Below are positions 12,801-26,029 of a stretch of 64,000 nt of DNA, one piece after another. Source of the stretch: Camelus dromedarius (Eukaryota). The translations under genes and the position numbers were made by a program. The stretch is from positions 77,378,001 to 77,442,000 of the forward strand of contig NC_087436.1 of assembly GCF_036321535.1 (NCBI RefSeq), given 5' to 3'. The notes below the pieces were generated by a model. The model saw only the letters and a program-made list of their open reading frames with translations. It did no database searches and had not been told where the DNA came from. The first letter of the stretch is position 1. The number at the start of each line of letters is the position of its first letter.

Positions 12801-14131
12801 CTAGCCTCTGTATTTTCTGTAACCTAGAAATTAGAACCTAAAGAATACTTATTTTTTCTAACGTAAAATTTCTAATATTGTATGAATAGGTTATACAAAC
12901 ACATGATAAATCATTTAAACTGTATAAAATGGCATTATAGTGAAAATTCTCTCTATCCCCCTTACAGAATCACATTGGAAAATAGTAATATTTTAAAAAA
13001 TAAACGCTATCACTTTAAAGTATTTATAATATACTTGATGTATCTAGATCATTGCTGAGTGCTCTTCATACTCAAATGGGAAGAGGATTCTACTCTTAAT
13101 TCTCAAGTCATTTTTAGACTTTGTAATGTTCTGGTGTACTTTCTTACAATTGCTGGGTTTACATATGGAATATTGTCATTATCAAGATCATTACATGGAT
13201 GGTCACAATGAAATCTGTGAATAAGAATCATGAAGCTTGTATAATAGGGATCCACTTGTGGCTTTATGATTTTGGAACTCAGCTGTAATTTTTTAACATC
13301 AGTGAAAGTAAACCTGTCTATCAGATAAGAAAACACAGTGGTCACTAATTATGCTCTTTCTTTCTTATCTTATGGGCTTGGAACCATTAGTGTAATTTGC
13401 AGAACAGACTTTGTGTTTGATTTAAGTCATGGTGAAAGCTGCAGCCCATGTGTGAGCTACTTTCGCAATATCATGGTTTCATCATGTTGTGAAGGCGTCG
13501 CAAACAAAACGTGCTTTGGATTATGGGAGGCTCTGCTTAAACTATTCCTTAAGAAAGACAAAATCATCAAGAATGTTGCAAGTTAATACCATGTTCAGAG
13601 TTTCAGGAGTTTGGTTCATCTTTTATTTGTCAACTTATAATAAAGGCCTGAGAAAGCAGGAGGAAGGAAAAGGAAAACTTGGATTTCAGGCAGCATGATA
13701 AATTTCCAAACACAGAGTCTGTCCAGTAGCATGCCTTCAGAGTAGAGAACACTGAAGGAAGAGAGGAGCTTTGTTCAAAAGAGAGAGAATTGTCTTCCCA
13801 ATTTTCCTATCTTTTTAAATTTAGTCATTGAAAATTTCAGGTTAACATTATTACTTTCATTTTTCCTAAAGTGTTTCCATTATTTTCTCTACTCTGCCTT
13901 CTCTAAATATCAGGGTTGCTGTTCACAAATTTTTATTTATTGAAACTTTACTGACAAATAAGCAGGGACTGTGAGAGATACCATGAAGGAGTAGAAGAAG
14001 AGAAGGAAGGGCAAGAAGACAAAGCAAAGACAGGAAGAGGAAGGAGAACAAGAGGGAAAGGATGAGATCCCCATCTACAATGTCTAAAATAGTTGCACCA
14101 TGATCTCTAGCTAAGGAGTACAATTATGTTC

Positions 14132-14513
14132 TATGTTATTTTGCTGAGGCTGCCATAACAAAGGACCACACACTGGGTGGCTTCAAACAGCAGAAATTTC
14201 TTTTTTCGCTGTCTGGAGTCTAAACATACAAGATCAAGGTGTCGGCAGAGTTGATTTCTTCTAAGGCCTCTCTTGAACTTGGCTTGTAGATGGCCTTCTT
14301 CCTCTGATGTCTTCACATGGTCTTCCCTCTGTGTCTCTCTCTGTCATAATTGCCTCTCCTTATAAGGACACCACCATTATATCGGATGAGGGCCCACCCA
14401 CAAGACTTCATTTTGCCTTAATTAACTCTTTAAAAGCCCAGTTTCCAAATACAATCACATTCTGAGGGTTAGGACATTAATTTTGGAGGAGCTCAATTCA
14501 AAATTCTATAATA
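14132..14513 (-). mobile_element. MaLR solo LTR (MLT1B-like)
   Basis: ggctgccataacaaaggaccacacactgggtggcttcaaacagcagaaattt...ccttataaggacacca...aaatacaatcacattctgagg. Confidence 0.9.
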
Positions 14514-15270
14514 AAATTTTGAGCAAGTTAGAATACAAAAAGAGTAGAACAATTAATTCCAGCCAAAGAAATTTGGGATAGATTTATGGTAGAAGAAATA
14601 TATATTCTTAAATTTCATATCATCACATAATGACAGGTTTGAATTTTAGGGCTCTGGGCATTTTTAATCAATATTTAATTTATTGAATATAATGTCATAT
14701 GTCTGAATAGGGTTAATTTTTCAGGAAGCAAACAGTATAATGTCCTTAGCTGGGGTTTATGCAGGAGGAATGTTAAAATATGCCAAGCCTTCTGCATTAA
14801 CATTCAATTCAAAGAAATATTCTATATTAAAGATTATTTTAGTTATAAGCATATACATGGCTTGTTCCCAAAATTATTTCCAAGTACATGTGCCTAATAC
14901 ATTTCCCTGTAGTTATACCTCTCTGCTATCACTCTGGAATAAGAACTTGAAATGCAAAAGAGTTGGGTATACTTAGTTTAAAAGGAAAAAAAGCCCATTT
15001 TTATTATGTTTAAGTTTTTAAAAATTAACCAAATTGTAAACCAAAAAGTGAAAAATTGTAAAGGTATGCAGACATTCTAATTTGACTTGCCTTCTTTTGT
15101 TAAATCTTCTTTTGAAAGGGAATAATGTTATATTTTTGTAAAACATAATCAGACTGGTTTAAGTTCATTCTAAATTTCTATTGTCTGCAACTATTTCTAT
15201 ATTGAAGAGATGAAGCATTCTATTTGCAATTTAATTATTGTTATGTTTCTACATATTAATTTAATATGTC

Positions 15271-15621
15271 TGCTATAGACTGAATTCTTGTGTCTCCCCT
15301 CCCCACCCCAAATTCATATGTTGAAACCTAATTCTCAGTGTGATGGTATTTGGAAGTAAGATGGGGCCTTTGGGAGGTGATTAGTTCCTGAACACAAAAA
15401 CTTCATGAAAAAGATTAACGCTCTTATAAAAGAGACCCGGAGAGCTCCTTTCTCCCTTCCAACACCTGAGGGCATAGTGAGAAGACAGCCATTTGTGAAC
15501 CAGAAAGCAGATTCTCACCAGACACTGAATCTGTTGATCTTGATCTTCCCAGCCTCCAGAACTGTGAGAAATAAACTTGTGTTGTTTATAAGCTGCCCCA
15601 TCTGTGGTATTATAGACAGCG
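15271..15621 (+). mobile_element. MaLR solo LTR (MLT1A-like)
   Basis: tgctatagactgaat...aaattcatatgttgaaaccta...cagcctccagaactgtgagaaataaa. Confidence 0.9.
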
Positions 15622-16730
15622 TTTCTGTAAAGTTAGATACCAAGAGCAGCTTCAAGAAATGCATCTGTCATTAGGGAGAAAAAAGCCATTTGAACATTTT
15701 TAAATGAGAAAAAAATCTCAACAGATGAAATCTAATAGGTTTTTAAAATAATACAAACTGATTTATGGAGTCTTACTTAAGGGTATGAAGTACTTACTTA
15801 CGACAAAGTTGCAGATTAGGACAAGAATGATAATGATAATGGTGATAAATAACCAAAATTATTAATTAGCTGGAAATTGTCTTCAGTTCCCCTTTATTAC
15901 TTTTGGTCCAGGAGAACCAGGCAACTCTAAACACTTTTGAAAGCTCATTATCTCTAGGACCTGGTTCTCCAACATCTATACTTTCTTCTGTATCTAAATT
16001 ATTATCTGCCTCTCAGTTCTGTTAAACTACCAAAATATTCTTAGTGCAATTGAAGTTGACATTAAGAACTGTCTAAGAGTGTTGTTAATTTTAGGCAGAA
16101 TAACAGGCTAGCAAATAAGTATGTTTAAATTTACACTATTGCCTAAAATTGGTCTTTTATATCACAGAGATTATATGTGCATCCATCTTATTATTTTGAT
16201 TTGAACAATTAGTTAAGATTAAAATATGATCCAATTTCTTGGTCATGTATTAAGTAATTCATTGTATTTTTTAATTTGAAATTTATTTCTGCTGTAGTAT
16301 AATTAGAAATAGATGATTTATGGATAACTTTGACCATGCTACAACATTATGATAGTTAAATATGTAGTAGTTAATTTTTAAAATCTTTGTTTAAACAAAT
16401 CACAAACCATGTCTCAAGGTATTATCACAGAGTGAACACACCCACATAAATATCACCAACATCAAGAAATAAAACACTGCCAGCATCCCAGAAGCACTCC
16501 TTTGCCTCTTGGATGATTGATGTATTACTCTTTTTAATCCTCCTCCTCAAAGCAAACCAATATCCTGACTTAGAACTATATAGATTAGTTTTTCCTGGTA
16601 TTGAACTTTATATAAATAAGCCATTCAGTGTAATCTTCTGTGTTTGGCTTATTTTGCTTAGTATTATTGTTGTGGGATTCATTCTTCTTGTTGGGTATAG
16701 CAATAGTTTGTTCATTTTCATGTTTGAAAA

Positions 16731-17217
16731 TGTCTTAGATTGTGTCCCTCAGAAGCAAAATCTGAGATAAGTGTTTATGATAATGTGACTTTATTGTTCC
16801 TAATAAAATTCCAAAGGAAAAAATGGTAGGGGACTGTGAGAGTTGGGTAGGGATGGTTGGAGGCCAAGCAAGATATGTACAATATAAAGCAAAGTTCCCA
16901 GGATGGGTACTTGCCCAATCTCACAGGTCAGCTCTGGACAGAGTGTAGCTTGAGGTCAGAGATGTCTGGATCAGGGATAGAGAAGCTTGGAAACCTAGAC
17001 TTTTGCCCCTGCAACTCATTGGTTACGGGCTGCCTATAAGGTACATACATTTCCAGGAACTTCTGGTTCTCTGGGTACACAGTAAACTAGGTTTCTGCAA
17101 TCTAAAGACAGCCTTTTGATCTAGGCACAGGTGTTGGCTGCTGAAAATGAAAGTACACCAAAAAGAATGGCAAAAGGATATAGGGAGATATAGGTGGAGC
17201 ACTGAAGATCTGTTACA
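16731..17217 (-). mobile_element. ERVL solo LTR (LTR33-like)
   Basis: Starts tgtcttagattgtgtccctcagaagcaaaatctgagataag, ends ggtggagcactgaagatctgttaca; TG...CA termini. Confidence 0.75.
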
Positions 17218-17376
17218 AATAGTACACCATTATATAAATACACCAGAATTTATTTATCCATTACACTGTTGACAGACATTTGGGTATATATCCAGCCCTG
17301 TGCTATTATGAATAAAGCTGTTATGAACATTCTTTGACTTGCCTTTTGGTGGACTTCTGCATAAATTACTTTAGGA

Positions 17377-18201
17377 CCATCCATGTTGCTGCAAATAGCA
17401 TCATTTTATTCTTTTTTATGGCTGAGTAGTATTCCACTGTATAAATATACCACAGCCTCTTTATCCAGTCATCCATTGATGGACATTTAGGTTTCTGTGT
17501 TTTGGCTATTATAAATAGTTCTGCTGTGAACACTGGGGTATATGTATCTTTTCAAATTATAGTTTTCTCCAGATATATGCCCAGGAGTGGGATTGCTGAA
17601 TCATATGTTAAGTCTATTTTTAGTTTTTTGAGGAATCTCCATACTGTTTTCCATAATGGCTGCACCAAACTACATTCCCACCAACAGTGTAGGAAGGTCA
17701 CACCCCCTCCAGTATTTATTGTTTGTAGACTTTTTAATAATGGCTTTTCTGACTGGTCATAATTAATAAAAGAATGCTATTTGCAGCAACATGGGTGGAT
17801 GAGGAGATTGTCATTCTAAGTGAAGTAAGCCAGAAAGAGAAAGAAAAATACCATGTGATGTCACTTCTACGTGGAATCTATAAAAAAGACACAAATGAAC
17901 TTATTTACAAGACAGAAATAAACACACAGACATAGAAAACAAACTCATGGTTACCGGGTGGGGGAAGAGGATAAGAAGGGATAAAATGAGAGTTTGAGAT
18001 TTGCAAATACTACTATATATAAACTAGATAAACAATGAGTTTATACTGTACACCACAGGGAACTATATTCAATATTGTCTAGTAACCTATAGTGAAAAGA
18101 ATATGAAAAGAAATATATTTATGTATACGTATGACCGAAACATTATGCTGTACACCAGACATTGACACACATTGTAAACTGACTATACTTCAATAAAAAA
18201 T
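17377..18201 (+). mobile_element. Lineage-specific L1, 5'-truncated with 5' inversion
   Basis: 17377-~17757 is antisense ORF2 end; ~17758-18201 is the sense 3' end finishing gactatacttcaataaaaaa; flanked by aattactttagga / aattactgtaaga. Confidence 0.9.
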
Positions 18202-18564
18202 AATTACTGTAAGAAATAGACCTAGCAGTGGAATTGCTTTGTTATTAGTTTCTCATTTAGTAGAAAATATTAGCAGTTCTCTGTAGTAGTTTTAACAGTT
18301 TATACTCCCATTAGGAATGTGTGAGACTAAATTAAAGTTGCTCAATAGTCTCAGCAAAATTTGAGATCTGTCAGTCTCTTTTTCAGCCATTCTAGTGAGT
18401 TTCACTTCCTTGCAAACTCTGGTAGAGTTAACCATTTCTTTCATATTCTTTGGCCATTTGGATAACTTCTTTTGTGAGGTTGTACATTTAATTTTTTTTT
18501 ATTGAATTACATTTATCTTGTTGATTTATGTTGTTTAGATTTGAGCCCTCTGTTGGTTACAGTG

Positions 18565-18994
18565 TGCAGTAGGCTGAATATTGACCATCTAGATATATCA
18601 GGTCTAAATCCCTGGAACCTGTACATGTTACCTAATTTGATAAAAATTTCACAGATGTTAATTAAGGATATTGGGATGGAGAGATTATCCTGGATTATCT
18701 GGGTGGAGTATACATTCAATCATATGCATCATTTTAAGATGGAGGCAGAGGGAGATTTGGCACAGATGTAGAAGATAAGGTGACAAGGAGTCAGGGCCTC
18801 ACTGATGCAGCCCTCAGAAGCTGGAAGAGTCGAGGAACAGATTCTCCCCATAGGGCCTGCTGACGATTTGATTTTGACCCAATGAAGCTGATTTCAGACT
18901 CCAGTCATCCAGAACTATGAGAGAATACCTTTCTGGTGTTTTGATTCACCAGGTTTTTGGTAATCAGTTAGAGAAGCTTTAGAAAACTAATACA
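18565..18994 (+). mobile_element. MaLR solo LTR (MLT1D-like)
   Basis: taggctgaata...atccctggaacctg...gagattatcctggattatctgggtgg...ccagaactatgagagaata...gaaaactaataca. Confidence 0.9.
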
Positions 18995-20308
18995 CATGTG
19001 TTGCACCTGCTATCTCTGTTGTGTAGCTTGCATTTTCATTCTTTGAATGGTGTCTTTGATGAGCAGAAGCTCCCAAAATGAATGTGTTCCAACTTATCAA
19101 TTTCCGATTACTTTCTTATAGTTAGTTTCTGTTTCCTGCCATGGTTACAAAATGTTTCCCTGGACTAATGACATGAAGATACTCTCCCATGTTACCTTGT
19201 TTTATCTTTCATATTGATGTTTACCAACCACTTAGAATGGATTTTTATATATAAAATGAGGTAGGGAGATCGAGTTTTATTTTTTCCCCATATGGATATC
19301 CCTTGGATTTGAGACCATTTATTAAAACAACTGTCCTTTCCCCTCTGCCCTTTAGAGGCACCTTTCTTGTAAATGAGTTGATTGTATTTCACAGATCGGT
19401 TTTCCTACTTTTGTCTCTATTCCATTTTTCTATTTATCTGTCCTTGCATAAACACACCTTGATATTAAGCACAATAAGTTCTCCCATCTTGTTATTCTTC
19501 AAGGTTGTCTGGGCTATTTGATCTTTGCATATCCATAACTGTTTTATGATCATTTTGTCAATTTTCACAAGAAATCAGGTGGACTTTTGAATTTTATTGA
19601 CTCTATAAAACAATTTTGAGAAAATTGAGGGCCTATAAAAATGGCCTTTTCAATTCATGAATATGATATTTCCTTTTCATTTAGGACTTAATTTTTCAAG
19701 AGAATGTTTTAAAATTTTTATTAGCTTTATCTCTTAAGTTTTTTATGCTATTATAAATAGTAATGTGAAAATGTCATTTTCTCAACTCTTTGTGGCTAGT
19801 AAATAGAAATATGAATTGATTTTTTTTAAGTATTAACTCTCAATTGAGCCAAATAGTTAAATCTACTTACTGACTCTTAAGAAAATTTATTTGCATTTTC
19901 TATATATACAATCATATTATATACAAATAAATATTATTTTTTGCTTCTAAGCCTCATAGATGTTGTTTTCTTTCTTTTTTCCTTTTTTTTCAAAAAATGT
20001 ATTGATAAGGCTTTCCACTACAGTTTGAATAGAAGTGCTCATAGTGGACATCTATATTTTGTTCCTGATGTCGGAGGAAAACATTTACCACTAAGTATGA
20101 ATTTTACTTAATTTTTTGTTGTTGATCTTGTTTATCAGATTAAAAATATTTCCTTCTAATCTTAATTTTGCTGAGATTTTTTCATTACAAATTTATGCAT
20201 GTTTTGTTCTGAATGTTGAAATAATAATTTTCCCCCTTTATTCTGCTTAATTTGTTGAATTACCTCAATTGATTTTCTAATATTAATAAACCTAACCTGG
20301 TAATGTCA

Positions 20309-20381
20309 TTTTTTAATTTTATTTTTTATTTTTTGAAGTATAGTCAGCTTACAATGTTGTGTTAATTTCTGGTGTACAGCA
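20309..20381 (-). mobile_element. Extremely 5'-truncated lineage-specific L1 tail (~70 bp)
   Basis: T-rich tract plus ttgaagtatagtcagcttacaatgttgtgttaatttctggtgtacagca, a near reverse complement of 18146-18193. Confidence 0.85.
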
Positions 20382-21099
20382 ACAGCAACATATTATCCTT
20401 TTAGATATGACTAGAATTGGTTTGTCAATATTTTGAACATAAATACCTGTAGCTATATTCATCAGTGAGGTCAGCCTGTGATTTTCTCTCCCTGTAATGT
20501 TTTGTTCAGATTTTGGCATCAGGATTATCTTAGCCCCATAAAATAAGTTTGGATGTGTTTTCTCTTTTTAGTATTCTTAAAGAGTTTTTACAAGATTGAC
20601 ATTATTTCTTCCTTAAGTAATTGGTAAAACTTACTGGTGAAACTATTTGAGCCAGAGTTTTGCTGTAAGAAATATGTTATTTATGGATTGAAGGCTATGA
20701 TCTTCTCCTTATGTCAATGTAGTAGGATGTGCTTTTCTAGGAATTATATGTCCTCACAGACTTTCCAATTCATTTGCATACACTTTGTAAAATTCTTTTA
20801 TGACCTTTTTTAAAGTCTGTATGATCCAAAGTAATGTTCCTTTTTCGTTCTTGGAATTGATTATGCTTCCTCTCTCTCTTTTTGATCAGTATCAGCAGAT
20901 GACATTTTTGTTATTATTATCCAAGATCCAAATTTGTCTCTGAGGTTCCTTCCACTCTATTGCTTTTCTCTTTTATATTCCATTCATTGTATTTTTCTTC
21001 ATTTATTAGTATTATTTTTTCTATCTGAGATGAATGCTTAGGAACTATTGATTTTTTTTTCTTTTTTTTTTTTTTTTTTCTATTCTAATGTATGTATTT

Positions 21100-21790
21100 T
21101 AGGCTGCTCCACCTTGAATTTTAGGTCTTCCCTTTGCACAGTGCCTTAGATTGTCTTCCTACAACCTCCTGTCCCGCTCCTAAGAGTAAGAAGACTGCTG
21201 TTACTCAATACTTACCATCTTGCTGTGGGTGAGGGACAGAGCGTTTTTTCCTTGATTAAGAACTAGGCATAAGTAAGCACTTTGTCAATAAGGTGTGAGT
21301 GTTTGTTGCCACTCCCCCACCATTTAAGGCTTTCTTTTTTCCACAGGGAAATGTGGGGAAGGATCTGGGCCGGTGTTGTACCTTCAACTCCACTAGGCCT
21401 GCACCTTATAAGATACTTTCTTATGACACTCATTGGTCTTTATTTGCAAGAAGAGCCTGGAAGCTTGTATGAATTTCCTTCATTTCCATAGTTCTCCTAT
21501 GTTCTATATTCTCTTGCTATCCTACAGTCAGCCTTTGGCAATTTATTAAAAATTTTAGCTGAATTCTTCCATATGTTCATTGGTATCTGCTCCAGGTAAG
21601 CACGTGCTTGCATTCTGTCTGTGGAGATGCCTGCCTTTCCTTAGGGTTCATGTGAGTCAGTCTATGACTTCAACTCTTCTATGAGTTCAAGAAAAGTTGT
21701 GTTTGCAGATTGTCAAAGGTGTTGCTCCTATAAGGGTGGCAACAATCCTTTTTACTTTTGCCTACCTCCTGTGTGAAACTAGATATTCAC
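21100..21790 (-). mobile_element. Old L1 5' UTR-like segment
   Basis: ttcaagaaaagttgtgtttgcagattgtc...taagggtggcaacaatcc resembles antisense old L1M 5' ends. Confidence 0.55.
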
Positions 21791-23221
21791 TTTTTAAAGT
21801 CATTAATCATCAAGAGGCAACAAGCATCCTAGTCTTAGAGATCAGGGCAGTCTGAGGTTTTCTAGGTCAATAGTAACCAAATGAGATAGAGACAAGTCTA
21901 TAATAGTTTGAAGAGGGAAGAGGAAGATACTGGGGCAGTGGTTTATTTCTCTACTATTTCTGCCTGGTTGTTTTATAGAAAGATTCAAAATATAACATTT
22001 GGTCTGCTCTTTGAGACAGGGGAGTAGAACCCATAGGCATTAGGCAAAATGAGAAATTGTCTCCTTTGGAGTCAGATCTAACAAAAGAAAAGAAACAACC
22101 AAATAGACATCATGGGTGAGAAATGCTAAACTCTGTAAGACAGTAACACTTAGTGCTTTTTTTCCATTTCATTTGATTGATTTTTGAAACCATTCTTCAG
22201 TGTTTTCTCAATTATATATTATGACAAAATATGAATGAATGAAATTAAAGGACCATAAATCATGTAGAACAAATACTTAGAAGATTGCTTAGAAAACTCT
22301 ACTGTTCAGTTATCAAGTTCACCTTTTACTCTTCAGGGTGATAAGTGAACAATGAAAGTAGAAGTGAAACTGAATGGGAAGTAGAAATCTAACATAATCC
22401 GATTGACGGTAAACCCTAGATAGGTCTTTGTCACTACTTGAGAAACTCAAAGGCTCCCTTTCTAATTCTTGTGCAATGAGCAGTGAAGTTTTCTTTAGAG
22501 CTCTGTGGCCAGCAGAAACATCCACTCAATTCGTTTTACTAGCAGGTATTTTTGTACTTTTACATGAATAAATAAAAAAGACTGGCTCAAATAGGCCTGT
22601 TTCTTTCCTTTCGTACTTTTGGTAATGAAGGGCTAGTTTGAAGTTTTAGGGCAATCCTCCCATCATGCCCATAGTCTTCTCTCATTAGAGATATCTGAGA
22701 GCTATATTGTGCAGACTCCGCTCTCTCCACCTTCAGGAAAACATCGGTTACCCAAGTTGTTGGAATGAAGGGGAAAACACATGTCCTCCATTTACACCCC
22801 TTGTTCACCAAAATTTCATCCTTTCAAAGGAAACCCATGTGCCTCTGCTTTGCACATTAGGTAGTTTGAATATAGAAAATAGTGTGCCTATTTCAAATCC
22901 ATTGTAATAGTTCTCCAACTAAAAAAATCAAATAGCATGACAGATTGATCTGTATGGCTTCATTAATTTTTTTGTTTTGTTTTCTGTGCCCCAGGTTTGT
23001 TTTCTTTTTTTTTTTCCTGTGAAGGAAGTATGGTTCAGGTATATGGCTGGTTGCCTTTGCACAGTGCCACTGCATCTGTTTATCTTTATACAAATGTATT
23101 ATGGTTTATTCTTCAAGTACAAAAACATATGGTTATTTTTCTATGTCTGACTGCTGTCTGTGAGCTTAAGGTTTTTACCCCGCAGCAGAGCTCAGCTGAC
23201 GGGCTCCTCTGTACTCTGCGT

Positions 23222-23590
23222 CAGGAGTTGGTAAACTATGCCCCACAGGCCAAATCTGACCCACCACTTGTTTTTGTACACTCAGGAGCTAAGAATGGTT
23301 CTTACATTTTTTAAAAATGATTTTAAGAAAACATCAAAAGAGGGATAATATTTTATGACACATGAAAATTATGATGAATTTCAGTGTCCATAAATAAAGT
23401 TTTATTGGAATTTTATTTTCTTAATATTTTTCAAAAATTTTTGGAATGGCCACACTCATTTGTCTTTGAAATATTTTGGCTACTTTCTGCTGTAATGGCA
23501 GCATTGAGTAGTTGCCACAGAACTCTATGGCCCACAGGGCCTGAAATACTTATTATCTAAAAATTTACAAGAAATATTTGCTGGCTTCTA
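23222..23590 (+). mobile_element. MER58B-like hAT-Charlie MITE
   Basis: caggagttggtaaactatgccccacaggccaaatctgaccc...gagctaagaatggtt...cagtgtccataaataaagttttattggaa...tgagtagttgccacag. Confidence 0.9.
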
Positions 23591-24824
23591 TTGTATCATG
23601 GTTTGAGTTTTAATCATTTCATGTGAAGAACAATTTTAAAATAATAAGAATTATTATTCAAACCATACCTAGAAATCAATACTATTTTTCTGTTCTCATA
23701 ACCCATAAATATTTGTTTTTTCTTATGTTCTGGTAAGTCAGTTTTTATAATCTGTCTTCATTATTTTACATGAGACATTGGACAGGATTTTTAAAAAGAG
23801 AAATAATTAAAATTAAAATTAGAATTAAAATGCCAGATATTTGATAACTACTAAAATTCAATTTTTAAAATATATTATTAAAGAATTATTTAGTATTCAA
23901 AATTCATTAAAACGTAATTTTAAATTGTGTTTCTCATGACTACAAATAATTGGACTTATCACCAATGGAGATATCAATATTTCAAGGATTTTTCTGTAGG
24001 CATTTTTGTTATTTTGACTTTATTTATTCAAAACATTTGTTGATAGCTAACTTATTAATACCAAACTTACATTCTTTTGCAATCTTTCTAATGTCAAGAC
24101 AGTGCCTCTATCCTGAAAGTTTCTGGAATAATGATTCCATTATTCATATTGCTAGTTCAGTATTAGGTATTAGCAAATTAATGTAGACTTTTTTTCATTA
24201 TTAAACATTAGTTCTAACTTTTTCACAAAGTCAGTTTTTTATTTTTGCAATCTAAGTTGAATTAAACTGATGTTTCCTCATGGGCCTATGTTTCATAACA
24301 TATTCATTATATAAACAATAAAGGATAATAAACAATTTCTAAATGACCTAAGTTTGTGGACCTAAATGATATTAATATAGACATAACAATTCCCTTTCTA
24401 AATTTTTTTTACTAATTTGATTACAAAAAAATGTATGTCAGTCATGTAAAGATGGCATATTTAACAAAGCTAGCAAAACGGAGAGAATTATATGTCAAAA
24501 GTGACCAGAAAGCAGAAGTAAACTTTCTCAAATATGGGTAAAATCAGGGTAAATTATATTGGCCAAGGAGAATTCCTACACTCTTCCAAATATTGAAGGA
24601 GCAGGAAAGCATTATTAATGTTTATTGTACTGTCCTGGGGTTTTATTCTTAAAATTAAGTCTGGAAAAGAAATGGTGAAGCTCACTCAAATTATTTTGAA
24701 AAAATATATTTATATCTTTATAAAAAATACAAGTCATGACCGCAAGAAGACATAAAACTTGATTTGTGTAATATTCGTGCCTAAAACTTCCTGTTTCTTT
24801 TTTAGCATGGTTTAAACACTTTAA

Positions 24825-25140
24825 TTCAATAAATCTTTTCAAATGCCTATTACGTACCAGGAACTGTGTTAGGCTCTGAAGGAGGGTATAAAGTTGGTCA
24901 ATATGTTGAGCTGGTTCTCTAGGTACTCACAGTCCAAAAACTGATGTAGAATTTGTATAATACATACACAACCAAATGTGTATTTGATAAGGTTATGAGA
25001 AAAAAGATTTAAAATGGTAGTTGGAGATCTGACTAAAGAGAGAAACTTAAATGTCATGGTTATACTTTGAATTTCATTCTGTGCTCATTAAAAACTTTTG
25101 AGTAGAGGACAGTTAACGATTGTGGTTGTACTTTAAAAGC
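24825..25140 (-). mobile_element. LINE-2 fragments
   Basis: attcaataaatcttttcaaatgcctattacgtaccaggaactgtgttaggctctg...ctctaggtactcacagtcca. Confidence 0.65.
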
Positions 25141-26029
25141 ATAGAAGAAAAATGTGAGCAAAATTGCCGTTTGTTTTATTTGTTTAGTTTTGTTGTTTTA
25201 TTCTGCTCCTTTCAGCCACCATTCTCATCTTTGTTAAGAAATGGGGGAGAAAGATCAAATAATACTGACTATTCTATATCCATGGCAATTTTGATACAGC
25301 CATTATTTCATTTCTTTGTGGAATTGTTTTATTGTTGTTCCTGTCTTTAGAGTATAGGACAGGTTTTCCATAAACATAGCAAACTGGAATTATTTGATGT
25401 CAGTGTTACGGGGATTTAATGGTAGTAGAAATGATGTTGATTTACACAAATTTTACACTGAATTTATTTACTAACTTAATTCATTCCATAGCTTTATTCC
25501 ATATTTTATTGCTGATTTTCCATAACTTTATTCACTTCAATATGGACCTAGTCTCCTTAAGCTTTTTTTTTTTCTTTAAATATTAAAAAACCCTCTAGAT
25601 CTCATCAGTCATTTTTTATTTGGGATTATGTTATGGGTAGGTTTGCCCATAGCTGCAGACAGCCTCTTCACAAGTCTAAGAAGTATGTCCAAGGCAGAGA
25701 AAAATCTTTATTTATCTTACCCTGATTTAGTCTACTTTATGGCTTTCATAAATTCTCCATAAAGCTAGACTGTCTTTTTAAATTACCATATTGGTTCAAA
25801 GTTTTTCTGCAGTGAAAATCTCCTAGGAGATCACTAACCTTAATTCAAATCTTTGGCATTTTTAACAATGTATGAAATAACCTGAAAGAGAGAGAAATAT
25901 GATTATTACTCTTTGTATCAATTGAGGCTTTATCAGAAGAGGAGAACTACTATGAGCATTATGGAATAATGGACCCATTGCAGGAATTAGACCTTACATA
26001 GTTGTGGAAGAAGCTGGGGGATAAGTAGA

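Larger units (their letters stand above)
16380..21100 (-). mobile_element. Old L1 (L1ME/MD-like) 3' UTR plus ORF2 remnant, interrupted by four later insertions
   Basis: Collinear antisense L1 motifs resume after each insert (16380-16730, 17218-17376, 18215-18564, 18995-20308, 20382-~21100); ORF 19192..19392(-) resembles L1 ORF2 (FNKW...PYL..Y.KI.SKW). Confidence 0.8.
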
